Part shown: positions 28,501-40,218 of the stretch, piece by piece
How positions within the stretch are numbered: position 1 is the first letter of the stretch
Layout: the number at the start of each line of letters is the position of its first letter
Assembly (NCBI RefSeq): GCF_000315625.1
Contig: NW_005434449.1
Location: 3,273-63,457, forward strand
Direction of reading: 5' to 3'
DNA: 60,185 bases
Source of the DNA: Guillardia theta CCMP2712
Taxonomy: Eukaryota > Protista > Cryptophyta
The notes under the pieces: generated by a model
What the model was told of the DNA's origin: nothing
The model's input: the letters and a program-made list of their open reading frames with translations, nothing else
The model's database searches: none
Translations under genes and position numbers: made by a program

Positions 28501-31500
28501 AGGATTGACCCGGAAAGTTCAGCTGCATGAAGGTGTTGCTTCCCCAGCAGTTTCCCACGTTCTTGGAGTCCACACCACAGGAGTGATGGGAGGAGAGCGA
28601 TAGCGTTCGCCAGGATATGCCAGATGGGACAACGCAAGAGCCATTCCAGAATCGAGTCCAGGAGGACCTGGGAAAGAAGACAACACCCTGCGAAGTGGTT
28701 TGCTGGGGGATGGAGTAGGGGCCCTGGCGACGAGAAGAGACTTGATGGATCAGGACCCAGCTGCCTGCATCGGTTGGGTCGTTTGAGGCTTCGAGCCGCC
28801 ACTCTGTGGGGTCGGTTTCTTGCTGACTGGGAGAAGTCATCCACCTGTAGCTGCAAGAGGCGTCAGCGTGTCTCTCAGCATGTTTTTCCGCACCTGTCCA
28901 CAATGACTGGCTCGCCGAAGTCAAACTGCAGTGGCTGCTTGCTTCTATCGATCCACATCGTTTGCGAATCTCCGTCGATGACCGAGGCAGCAAAGAAGCC
29001 GAGTGGGTTGACGCCTGCTGGATTTGTAGCCGCAGCTACTGGCAGCTGAAGGTTTGACCTGAAGAACTGGATCTCTGCCATACTGACTGTGCGACCCCCG
29101 TTTCTTGTGCTGAGAGTGACGTACCGCCAGTAGCGAGCTGAGTAGTCGCAAGTCCAGGTCTCGACGTACTCGGTGAACTGACGCTTGAGCGACTGACCCC
29201 AGCAGATGGTCGACGAGTTGGAAAGGATCCCACACGTCTCCGTCACGCCGCATGAAACGGTTTGAAACGACAAGGCTGAGATGGACACGCTGCCTTGCTC
29301 TTGGTGCAGCTGAGAGATGGCGGAGGAAGACAGTACCAGCCGCGTGCCGGTGTGAGCCACAAGCTCGGCGTTCAAGGCCGGGTAAGCCAGCACAACAGCC
29401 CCCGTTGCCCTCGTGAACTTGAGGCAATCGTTAAAAATGCTCTTGTTTGAACTCGCAGAGTTGCAGATGCAGTTTGGGTTGCTGGAATAGAAGAGAGGGT
29501 CAGAAACATAGTTCACTCCATGATTCACAACTTGTAGCAGAACAATCGCATTCGTCAAGAAATCGACAGCAGTCACCTTCGCTTGAAACCCTTCACCTCC
29601 TCCTCCTGTGGCAAGAATGACTGTTGATCTATCACAACCCAATGTGCCGCCTCGCACTGACATCCAGGTTATCGTGTTTTCCTGAGCACATATCTGCAGC
29701 TCTCCGTTGGCATTCGGTCCGCAGGAGGTCGGAGTAGGATAGTAGAGAGTGACAGGCTGAGCTGAGCGATATCCTTGTCCTCGGTCACTCACCTTGGCGA
29801 TGCTCCAAGAGGCTACGCCACCACTGGGGTCGGTCTTGAAGGAGGCAAGAAACCCTCCGCCTCGGCTCCCAAGGATCCGCATCACTCCGTCAGTGTAGCC
29901 TGTGCCGTTTTGAACCACTCGGATGGTCGACACACTCGAAGTTTGCAAGTACGTCTCGCAGCCTGAATCATCCACTGCACATCCAGCGGAGTAGAAGATG
30001 TCAAGAGGGATTTGACCATAGAGGAACCCACTTCCTGCTTGAAGAATCTTGATTCCATTGAAAGCCCCATTCTCATCTGTGACCGCCGAAGCTAAAAATG
30101 CGCTTCCACTTCGGTTTTGCAAACTTAACCTTGCTGGTAGGTAATGTTCTCCTGCTGATCTAATCTCGATGTTTTGAACGGCAGTGTTGTACTCAGCATT
30201 TACACTCATAGTTACTCCAATCATGTTCAGCGAATCTTTGCAAGATGAGCTCTGGCCTATGACAGCTCTTGTAAAGGCTATAGGAACACAATCCAAACCG
30301 AAATGATCGAATCTTGTGTACCCGGGTAGACAAAGACAGTCCAAGACAGACTTGCTCCCTCCACAAGACCCATAACAGATGCCCATTTCAATTCTTGCTC
30401 CTGAATTTGCAGGGCATTCAAGGCAAGACGACGATTGGTAGCTTGATTGGTAGCGTCCCCTTGCGCACTGGTCACAGCTCGTTTGTTTAGAGGATGCAGC
30501 GAATGTCCCAGGAGCGCAAGGCTGGCAGAGGGAGGCTCCGTCTTGACTCGAGAACGTTCCATTTTGACAAGGCGAACAAGTTGTAGAGCCTGTCTTAGGT
30601 GCAAACTTCCCAGCTTGACACAGTTGACAAGCAGTCACCCCTGAGACGTTCGAAAATGTCCCCGAAGCGCAAGGTTGCGACGGGCTGGCACCAACACAAG
30701 ACGAGCCAGGAGGACAGAGGGTACAATTAGTGGCCCCAGGATCAGAGTAGAAACCTGGTCGACACGGAGCTTGATCACTATCGCCTAGGCAGTAGTAGCC
30801 CGCCACGCACTCCAGGCAAGCTGTCTGTCCCTCTAGTGACGTGTACGTCCCTGCTACGCATGCCGTGCACGAGGTACCTCCACATGCCTGGGAAAACTTT
30901 CCGACCTGACAGGCGGAGCAGCTCCGATTTCCGTCTTGTATCCAGGTGCCAGCCTTGCAGATCAAAAGCGGCATCGTGAATGGCAAAGAATGAGAGACAG
31001 GGGCGAAGTCCATGGCAACGGGGTAGTTGGTATTGACACCCGAGTCCCCTGCTACGTAAATCTGAATTGAAGCTGGCTGCTGTGCAGAGAATGAGTTCTG
31101 GACTGGAAACGAGAAAGAGACGATCTTTGAAGATTCGGTGACAGCAATTGTGTAAACCTGAAGCTGTCCGCCAACAGCTTGAAACAAACTATGATTGCTG
31201 AAAACCATCCATGTGTCACGCAGCAAGAAGATGGTCGTGCCAGGATTGTGAGCAGACACTAACGATGCCTTTGTTCCACGGGTTACTTGAATGGCAGAAA
31301 TCACAAAGGCTTGAGGATGATCGTCGAAGAACGCAGTTGAAGCAACCGAAGCGATATTACCTTGTTTCTGGTACGAACGTATCTCAAGATATACAGATGC
31401 ATTTGGAAAATACATGTACATGTATTCGGCAATATCAAAGCTTGGAGTGATAGCAAAAGAAAGGTTAAGATCGTACTGTGAAAGCTTCATTGCGAATCCT

Positions 31501-32222
31501 TTGGCATAGAAGATTGAAGTGACTTCAACTATTTCATCATCAACCAAAGCATATTGTGTAGAAGATGAATTCGGAAAGAAAGAAAGAAATGAGCTGATGT
31601 TCTCCAAGTTAAAAATTGTTTGGGTCGTGAAAGTCTGTTTGTTGACACTGCCATACGCGCTTCCGTCTACGATGTAGTTCGCTATCACCCTGTACATCAA
31701 GCTCCCCTTGTTATGCGGAGACGCGGCAGTGCCGGCCTGTGCTCTGAGCACATGCATCTCTTGCATGCAAGAAGACAGCACAAGAGATGACGGAGCGCAT
31801 CCGCTGCCCAGGAGCAATTCGACCATGACGACTTCATCTTCCAGCGCCAACAAGTCGCCAACTTGTATACCAACCGCAACCGCGTTGTCTACTGCCATAA
31901 TGGTCGACGAGGCCACCACGTCCGAGTACAGGATTGCAAACCCAGAGAAAGACTTGGCTTGATCTGAGATCCTGATAGAACTTCCAGGAACTGAAACCTG
32001 TTCGATCCCATACATGTCAACCCCGGTGCTTGAGCCTTGCTCATTTGATGGCGGATGAATCGAATTGCTTGTTGCAAGAGTGACAAACAAAGCATTCTGT
32101 GCTCCTGCGCATGCTGTCTTCTGAGAAATGTTCTTTGCTACAAATGAATTCTGCAAGGAACTTGGAAGGCACAAGAGAAAAACAAATGCGAAAATATGTG
32201 GGAGCCATGCATAAAGAGGCAT
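22598..32222 (-). CDS. Giant (~3000 aa) membrane protein: signal peptide, GCC2/GCC3 (ephrin-receptor-like) Cys repeats, discoidin/F5-8C-like domain, RCC1/BLIP-II repeats, multi-TM region with coiled coil and PA domain
   Basis: ORFs 28875-32222 and 23501-28993 are joined by a short GT-AG intron near 28851-28896. Motifs: CxxCxxGxF repeats; ISAGEQHTCGI..CWGYN..GQ (RCC1); YWRYVTL..VSMAEIQFF (discoidin-like); IAGKIAMVFRG..KVKRIQEAGAVAVIIVN (PA); WFELVVLARKMLM. The 3' exons below 23700 are approximate. Confidence 0.8.
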
Positions 32223-32467
32223 GACGTTGTCCCATCAAGAACTTCACATGTTTCACTCTTGCACTTGTTGAGAAGAAACTTTCGCCTCACTCACGCCTCA
32301 TCTTCTAGTGATACCATCCCTGTCTTCGCTCCATTCCATCCCACCATGAAACAAGGCTTCATCTAAAAAACGGGCCTAACTCATCCAACGAAGTGAAGCC
32401 ATGCCAAAGCTAGCTGGTACGCTAATTATGCTCCAGTCTGGCTCCAGTACCCCTGCTCCAGTCCAGG

Positions 32468-32653
32468 CTCTAGTCTCAAGCAGACCTAGCGGGCATGCCC
32501 TGCTCTAGTCTCAAGCAGACCTAGCGGGCATGCCCTGCTCTAGTCTCAAGCAGACCTAGCGGGCATGCCCTGCTCTAGTCTCAAGCAGACCTAGCGGGCA
32601 TGCCCTGCTCTAGTCTCAGGCAGACCTAGCGTGCATGCCCTGCCCTAGTCTCA
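32468..32653. repeat. 35-nt minisatellite, ~5.3 copies
   Basis: Unit CTCTAGTCTCAAGCAGACCTAGCGGGCATGCCCTG at 32468, 32503, 32538, 32573, 32608. Confidence 0.95.
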
Positions 32654-32708
32654 GTACTGCTTCAAAAAAATAGAATGTACATTCATTTTAGACAATATGC
32701 TAATTGCT

Positions 32709-34834
32709 TCACTTATCCTTTTCCCAACGCAAGAAGGTGTCGATCCTTTCCAAATCATTTTTGTTGAATTTTGCGGGCATTCCACGACGAATCATTTGAT
32801 TCATCTTGTCTTGCATGATTCTTTTCTTCTCGTTATCAAGAGACATGAACGATCGCTGAAGAATAAGTTTTAGAGCATTCTTTGATCGCCCATCATAGAC
32901 CTGCTGATTCGATGCGCTACTCATACCACGTGAAGATTCATCTGAATCAAGCTGCGAACATGTCAAATGAAGCACCGCATGCATTGTAGGTTTTCTCAAT
33001 TCGTACAGAACATGACGGTATGGGACTGTCCGATCCGTGTTCATCGGAACTATCCTCGCAACTACTGCTCAGAATATGTCAATTCAAGTTCGCGATCAAA
33101 TGCAAAATACAATGGGAGTTCATCTGGGAGCGAATCCAGTGGAGTAGAAGGTTTGTACCAGTAGAGACCTCGAAAACATCTGCAATAAAATTCAAAACTT
33201 CGTCAAGGAAGCGTGTCGTACTCTGGAGCAATGCTGGCATGCCCATCTCCTGCAGGAAATTCTCGATTATGATGAATATTTTCACGGAGGTCAATTCCTG
33301 AAGGTCTGTAGATCGGATCAGACTTTTCAACCAGCAAGAAAAGGAGCAAGATGAGCTCACCTATCATCATTTGCCCATACATTACTACCATAATGCGTGC
33401 AGTGATGCATCTTCAAGAAAGATTTCTGAAATCCTCAATCATAAACTTCTGTCACTTAGACTTCCTGCCACCTGTATTTCTCCGCGTACAGAAAATGTTG
33501 CCACACCACATTGCTTGATAACACAGTTAGATAGTCTTAGTCTGCCGCTGTTTGGTGTTCTCGGTCCTGCATCTGTAAATTCATCCCACAAAAAGGCGAC
33601 GCCATCATGGGAGTGGAACACGCAGTCTTCAGCCACTACCTCGGCGCTATCACTAAGCTAACAATGAAGGTCAGTTTCAACTTTGATGTCGTCAACCTAC
33701 CTTAAGAGCACTTCCTGCAATGTAATCATACTTATGCACTTCAGTGAACTCTATCGAGCAACTTTTCAGCACACAACGTGCCTGCCTTACGACACTGACA
33801 GCTCGGACAGCTTTGCATAGTCTGCCGTCATAAGCATATGCCAGGGCCCCGCCAACAGAGCATTCAATCAATCGGACATTTGAAATTACATCGCACCGAA
33901 GCGATGTGCCCCCGGAACTGCGGATCTCACACTTCTTGAAGCTCCAGCTCGGCCCTCGTACCGAGATGGCACAGACGCTTGTTGTGGAATAAAAAAAATA
34001 GTCTGCAGCTGGTTCAGGCAAATTGTTTTCTGCGTTGTTTAAGAGTGCCAGCACCATAGGACCATTGAATTCCCCTGTTGTATTCTCACCGAGCACAATC
34101 TGACCTGAGATTTTTGCTCTCGGATCTGAGAGAATTCTCAAAAATCCGTAACCTCTGACCTTGACCTTCTCAATTTTCGATCCCTTGCTTCCTAGCTGAT
34201 CTGCTTTGCGGCAAATATCCTTCAATTCTTTGAAGCTGCGAGCGCCTGTATGTGGCAAACTAGGCTTCCGTGGCAACCACAGCACCTCATTGGATAGCCA
34301 ACACACTCCCCTCCACGTGTGCCAACCTCGTTCTCCACCCTCCCATGACCGGAAAGTTTCATCAATAGCACGTATATACACAATGTCGTCATGGCGAACA
34401 TTCAACAACACACAATCCCTCAAAGTTCGAAAGGTCGAAGGAACTTCAAGAATCACATGTTGCCTCCCTTCTTGTTCGAAGGCTGCAAGGTCCCTGAGAA
34501 TCACACTAGCGTTGTTTTCTTGCCCTTTCAACAAACATTGGTGAAGGACGCATGCTTCTCCATAACGACATCCCTCTTCCCTCCTACTATCACAGGGCCA
34601 TTCGGATGACGAGTCAGAAAGATTCAGCAAAACGGAATTAGGGTTTGAGCTAGAATCCGAGTCATGAAGTATGTTCGATTCTTCCGCTGATATCGGGGGT
34701 TTCTGAGCCCCAAGGGTGGTAACAGGAGGAACATTCAGAGTCTCAGCACTGTAAGCAAAGAGGAGGAGAAGGAGGGGGGAGGGTTGCAGGAGAAAACGAC
34801 TTATTGTCAAAAGCGTCCTCGCATACCCTATCAT
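32709..34834 (-). CDS. Signal-peptide protein with probable right-handed beta-helix region, multi-exon
   Basis: 380-aa first exon with hydrophobic leader. Periodic segments FKKCEIRSSGG, VRLIECSVGG, VLKSCSIE, VAEDCVF, LRLSNCVIKQCG. Downstream exons run to a stop at 32709. Confidence 0.6.
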
Positions 34835-35583
34835 CCCGCCATCGCGATGGATACGACCATTCCACGACCGTTATGAACAGTTATTAGGCTGCCGTTTAAA
34901 ACCAGTTTGAGACTGGGGGTAGGGTGATGATTGTGTCAAGACCCGGGCCCATGACCCCTGGATTCCTCTGCAGTTTTGAGGAAAATCCCAAGGGAGGGTC
35001 ATGAGGGGTGTAAAACCAGCAGATGTGGTGGGGTGGGATGTACCTTTCAAAAAAGGATCAAGGTCGAAGAAGATAAGCGAGGAAGGAGGACATGATGGGC
35101 GAATGTTGTCATGACGATCGTAATGAGATTACGACATGACGAGACGATTATTGTAAACTTGCTCAACTCTTGCCTAGTTTTGCTCGATTGGGCGGAAACA
35201 TCACCCGAGCGGATTGAGAATCGACATTCGAGTCTCATGGAAAACAGTTTGTGCAAACGTAGAAAGAAAGCAAAAGACGATATGGAGTTTGAAGATGAAA
35301 CCAGAATGGAAGAAAAGAGTTCAATAGGTGGTAGAATGAATTCGCATTTTGAACTTGGATTGAGGACAAGAAGGGAAACTTCATAGAAGATTGTTGTAGA
35401 CGCAGAGGAGTATTGCAGACGAAGAAAGAATTAATCGTTTCCATGAATTCAGCTCATATTGTCATGAGTATTGCAGACGAAGCAAGAGTTGATTGTTTCC
35501 ATTGTGCAGATAATATTGTCATGATGAACGCGAGTGTCGGCTCGACGGGAAGGAGTGGTGTTTGGTACGAAAGCACTGAAAGC

Positions 35584-37470
35584 ATGATGGAGAGCCGTGG
35601 ACTGAACGCGCCGCATCTCAACCTCTCGACCTCGCAAAATCGAGGAAACCTTTATGATGGCAGGGTGCTTGATGCAGAGCCAATGAATATGCCTGATTTC
35701 AACATGCGACAAGTAAACGTTATCCTTGGCTTAAGCAGAGAGTAACTTTCGTGTTCAGGTTTTTATCCCTCGAAATATGTCTTCGAAAGGACCAAGTGGA
35801 ATTGGCATTCGTTTCTTGAAAGAAGGAAACGAAGTTGGTCCATATACAGTCACATACGTGGACCCGCAGGTTCAAGCAAGACGGGGCACAAAGGCTCTTC
35901 TGAATTTCCTTGTAGGGAACTGCATTTCAAAGTCAGAAAGTGAAGGTTGGAGATCTCATCCATCAGGTGCATAACAATGGGTTGCAGGTGCTCGTCTGAC
36001 TTGACTGCTGTAGGTCGATGGGATTCTCGTCTACGATCTTATGCCAGATGAAGTGACGTCAAGAATCTTGGGGCCGCCCGGATCATTTGTATCTTTGACG
36101 ATATCAGACCCGCCTGTCATTCTTCCCTCCGTCTCTCCTCGAGACATACAGACAAGGCTTATCCCATCCGAGCCCAAGTCGCAAGCTCCCTTGCTAGATG
36201 TGACTGCCTCGGCAGCTTCCAAATCGCAATGGGAACAGCAAATCAAGATGAGGGAGGAGAATAAAACCTCTACTGACATCATCAACCCTCAGTGTAATTG
36301 TACTGAATATCAGATAGTCAATTTCTTTTGCAAAATCATTTGCTTATTTGCTGCAATTGCTGGTGTGGTTATGGCCGCTGTAAATTACAACTTGTGTGAT
36401 ATCAATTATATTGAATCAATTGTGACAGGTTGCGCTTTCACGTTGCCACAAAGATGGATGCTTCACTCCAAAAGTTGAGGTGCGCAAGGATTCAGTCGTG
36501 AGCTCACTTTCACTAGACTGCAGAATGTCACATCCTCTTCCTGGGATTATCTCAATCAACTTGCCTGGTCGGGAAGCTGCCTTACGGGCAAGATGCAGTC
36601 ACCCATAAACATTGTGACATCTGACGCGAAATGTATTACTTCAAATGCGATGGACACCTCTCACACGAATGTAGATGACGCAACTCAACGCATCACTGCC
36701 AGTCAGATCGTCGACCTCAACCCTTGTCAGCTGAGTTTCCATGTTGAACCCTCCGTGCCTAACAGTTTCCAATAGACGTTCCAAGCTTGGTACGAGGTCA
36801 AGCTGGTGTGCAGCTTTTTAATAACTGCCTTCAGACGACCGGAGTAAGAATCTGATGTTTGTTTCTGGTTTTGTAGTACTGATTTCATCAAAGCTGGAAG
36901 CCTTCTACACTTGGAATGGTGCAGCATACAGGATTGAAGAAATGACATGGCACACACCAAGTGAGCATCAGATCGACGGCAAGAGCTATCCAGCTGAGCT
37001 GCAGCTGCTCTACAAGACTCTGGAGGTGAAGCTGAATTCGTTTGTGCTGCACCATGAGAAACTGAGCAGGGCAGTTATGCGATGCTCATCGTCCTTGTTG
37101 TTAGCGGGTCGTCAACTCCCTCCTTCATTCGAGATGCTATTCCCAAGTTCCCAAAGACACAAGCGGATGGCCAGCGGACCATCAACTTTACCGCTCAGGA
37201 TGTGCTGACACAAGTTGGTCTTTCTGTGAATTCAACACTTCAGACCTACTCCTACGTAGGTAGCTTGACGCGTCCACCCTGGTGAGTTCACTTTGTCATC
37301 ACAATGACACTGACTTTGCTTGTTGCAGTTCAGAGGGAGTGCGGGTGTTTGTACTTCAGAGTACGATAACTATGAGGCAAGACGATGTCGATCTAATCCG
37401 ATCCATTACGGGGTCCACTAGCCGTACGTTGCAAGCTCTCAACAGCAGGATTGTGTACAAATCCAGCTAG
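35584..37470 (+). CDS. PDZ domain + transmembrane helix + alpha-carbonic-anhydrase-like domain protein, multi-exon
   Basis: PDZ: SGIGIRF..VKVGDLIHQVDG..ILGPPGSFVSLTI. TM: IICLFAAIAGVVMAAV. Alpha-CA: WDY..C..GKMQSPINI, WHTPSEHQIDGKSYPAELQL, YVGSLTRPPC-SEGV, RTLQALNSR. The start is tentative. Confidence 0.82.
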
Positions 37471-37639
37471 TCCTGCTGCGATTTGCGCACTAAACTCAGT
37501 GAGAAGAATAAGTATGCTTTTGGGTTTTGTGCTCTTATTGTTGATCATGCAACAGGAAATGATCTCATGCATCTGGATAATAGTATAATGCCCTGTGATT
37601 TATTATTCTAAGCACCGCAGCGATGTGAACCGAACGTGA

Positions 37640-39080
37640 TTGACATTCATGATTCAGTTCAATCGTTTTTTGAGGAAATCAACATCAAAACGTCTTCACA
37701 TCTTTCCGTCCAACATCGCCTGCAAAATGTCTTCGGCAGTTCTAGTTTCCTTAGCCGTTGCCTTCTAATTAAACTGTTACAACTTTATCTCCTTCCAATG
37801 GTGTGCTCTACCTGTCCACCCTTGCCACTGAAGAAGTCTGACAGCCCCTTCTCCTCGATGATCGCCTGCGATATTTCAAATTCACGTGAAAGGGAGCCAT
37901 GTCACCTTGATCTGAGCAGCGTCGCCCTTGCCCTCAAGCTCTCTTTGCTTCTTAACCTCTTCTTCATACTTTGCCTAGTCACCTCGTTAGCTAAGAGCCA
38001 TGTCGAGATAGCAAGCTGACTTGATTCTCAGCCTTCTTCCTCTTGAATTGAGCGGCAGGGCCCTCAAGCTGTCAGCGTGTCAACGGGAAGGGCCAAGACC
38101 TGGTCGGCAGCATCACCTTCTCTCCGTAGATGTTCTTCCCCTTTGCCTCTCTCTTGCGCAAGTCCTCCTCAGTCAGACGCTCTCTGTCCTTGAAGGCCTA
38201 AGATCGCAGCTGTTACGACAACCCTAGTAAATGCTGATGCCGCTCACATTCGAGGTCTCCGCGAATCCCTGAAGCTGCTGGGGATCTTCAATTACGACAT
38301 CCTGCACAACTCCTGTAACATGGCAGTGTGAGGGATAAAGACACAAGGCTCTTATGCAATGCTTGCTCACCGGCTGGAAGTGCGTCCTTGATGAACTTGG
38401 CTACATCGTCAAAGACCATCTGACGATTGTGCCAGAAGTTCCCCGTCAACCTCAAGGTCAACTCGCTGCCCGTCATCTTCACAAACTCGACGTCGCCTAC
38501 AACTCCTTCACTGTCGGTGCGCACGTATCTGATCTTTTACCTGTAATTCCCGCCCTCTGCTTGCTCTCTGTCGTTCCAAGATACTTGGCAATGGCCTCAG
38601 ATTCACGAGCCTTGAGAAGTGCTTCCTTCACTCCAGCCTCAGGATTGGATTTGTCGACTTCGATCTTTGTTCTCATGTCACCATCCAACAGGAGGAGAAT
38701 TCTTTTCAATCAACCTTGATCGTCTGTTTCTTGTCATTCGAGCTTCCCCATCCTTGCCATGAAGTCTGCGTCGTTCCCAGCTGAACACGTCGGTCGGGAG
38801 AAAGGTCTTCACGTTCCCACCTGTAGCCAAATCAGAGGGAGGAAGCAGTGTAGCACGAAATTACCTGTTATTACAGCTGATTTTGGAAACAAACAAACTC
38901 CTAGCCTGAGGCTGCCTTGCTTGGGCTTCAACCAGTGCTCGCCCGCTCTGAGTTTCTTGTCACATAGGATAGACATTATGAATCACGTTTCTATACCACA
39001 GTTGCTGTGCGAGTATGCAAAGAAGGAAGATATGCATAGGCAACTGAAGACAGGCAAAATCTGTAATAGTGTCTCAGTTT
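37640..39080 (-). CDS. Hypothetical multi-exon protein with a NifU-C/Fe-S-scaffold-like fold segment
   Basis: Exon GVVGDVEFVKMTGSELTLRLTGNFWHNRQMVFDDVAKFIKDALP resembles the NifU C-terminal pattern. It is flanked by short GT-AG introns, and both ends are uncertain. Confidence 0.45.
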
Positions 39081-40218
39081 ATCATGAAACAAAAAGGATG
39101 CTCCCTCACAAACATATCTGACTCAACAAAAACTCTGTTTGCTTCGATCAAGTCTTGCATCTGACAACCCCCCGCCACCTACCCCCTTGCACCCCTTGCA
39201 TATCTCAAACGCCATTTCGTCTTTTGAATTCATCGCATCGAGCTCCTAGTTTGATCTATCCTTCTCATCGCTTCCCTCCATTACCCGATCAAAACGCGCA
39301 GGTGCATGGCGGCCGCAAGTTGTTCCTGACGAACGCGGGTGAGAGGCCGAGAGGGGGTAGGTGGTCTAAGGGGTAGCATGTTGTGGGAAATTCACCCCCA
39401 AGGAGCCCAAAGCAAAGTAGGTGGGGTGATAGAAGAGTTGTACCTGTGAGGGGTAGGTAGTGGATTTTAGTCAGAAGGAAAATCTTTTAAATTCTTTCTG
39501 CTTATTTCAAGTGATAAATTGCTTAAGTCACCGGCTAATTCCCATCAGAATCTGTTTATTTTACAACTTTAGAGTTAAGTTTAAAATTACGTTTTAAAGT
39601 CAAGCGGCCGGTCGACCCTCCAATGAGGTCTAGACCCCTACCGTGTACCCCCACCACACTGTCGAAAATCCCCCACCCCCCTTCACAAGCGACCAATATC
39701 TCTATAGAACTACCCCAGCCAAACATGACCCTTGCCTCAGCACCCCCCACCCCCTGAAACCCGCCGCTCTTGCTAGTCTCCACAGCCGCCGGCCCAAAGC
39801 CATGCTGGTGCGTCCCCTCCGTGTTTGACGTGCATGATAACCCCGCGACTATCCGTCTTGACTGGGCCTTGTCGGAGCATGCGCCCGCCCTTGCACCGCT
39901 GCTGCTCTTCTCTTGTACCCGAGCTGTCGCCTTCTCCGTCTTGTGTTGAACTTTTCAGCCTGATCAGTGTTTCCCAGCCCCCATCTTGTGACCTAGCTCT
40001 GTATTGCATGGCTTGCCTCTATCATTCCTCAGCTCTCATATCCCGATAGCGCAGACATTGGAAGCTGATAAGTGTAAACAATACTGTCACTTCGCTTCAG
40101 AGCTATCAGTTCTTTTTCTGTTTAGTCTTTGTGTAATTTCCATTTCCGTTTTGAAATTGACCGTGCGTTGACAGACCTACATGAGAGAGATTTGATTTTA
40201 AACTGGAGGACGAAGACG

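Noticed and set aside
32468-32653. CRISPR array (35-nt palindromic repeats)
   Set aside because: The repeats are directly adjacent with no unique spacers, there are no cas genes, and the context is eukaryotic.
35408-35503. Imperfect ~37-nt direct repeat (GAGTATTGCAGACGAAG...)
   Set aside because: Only two copies with no associated structure; most likely a local duplication.
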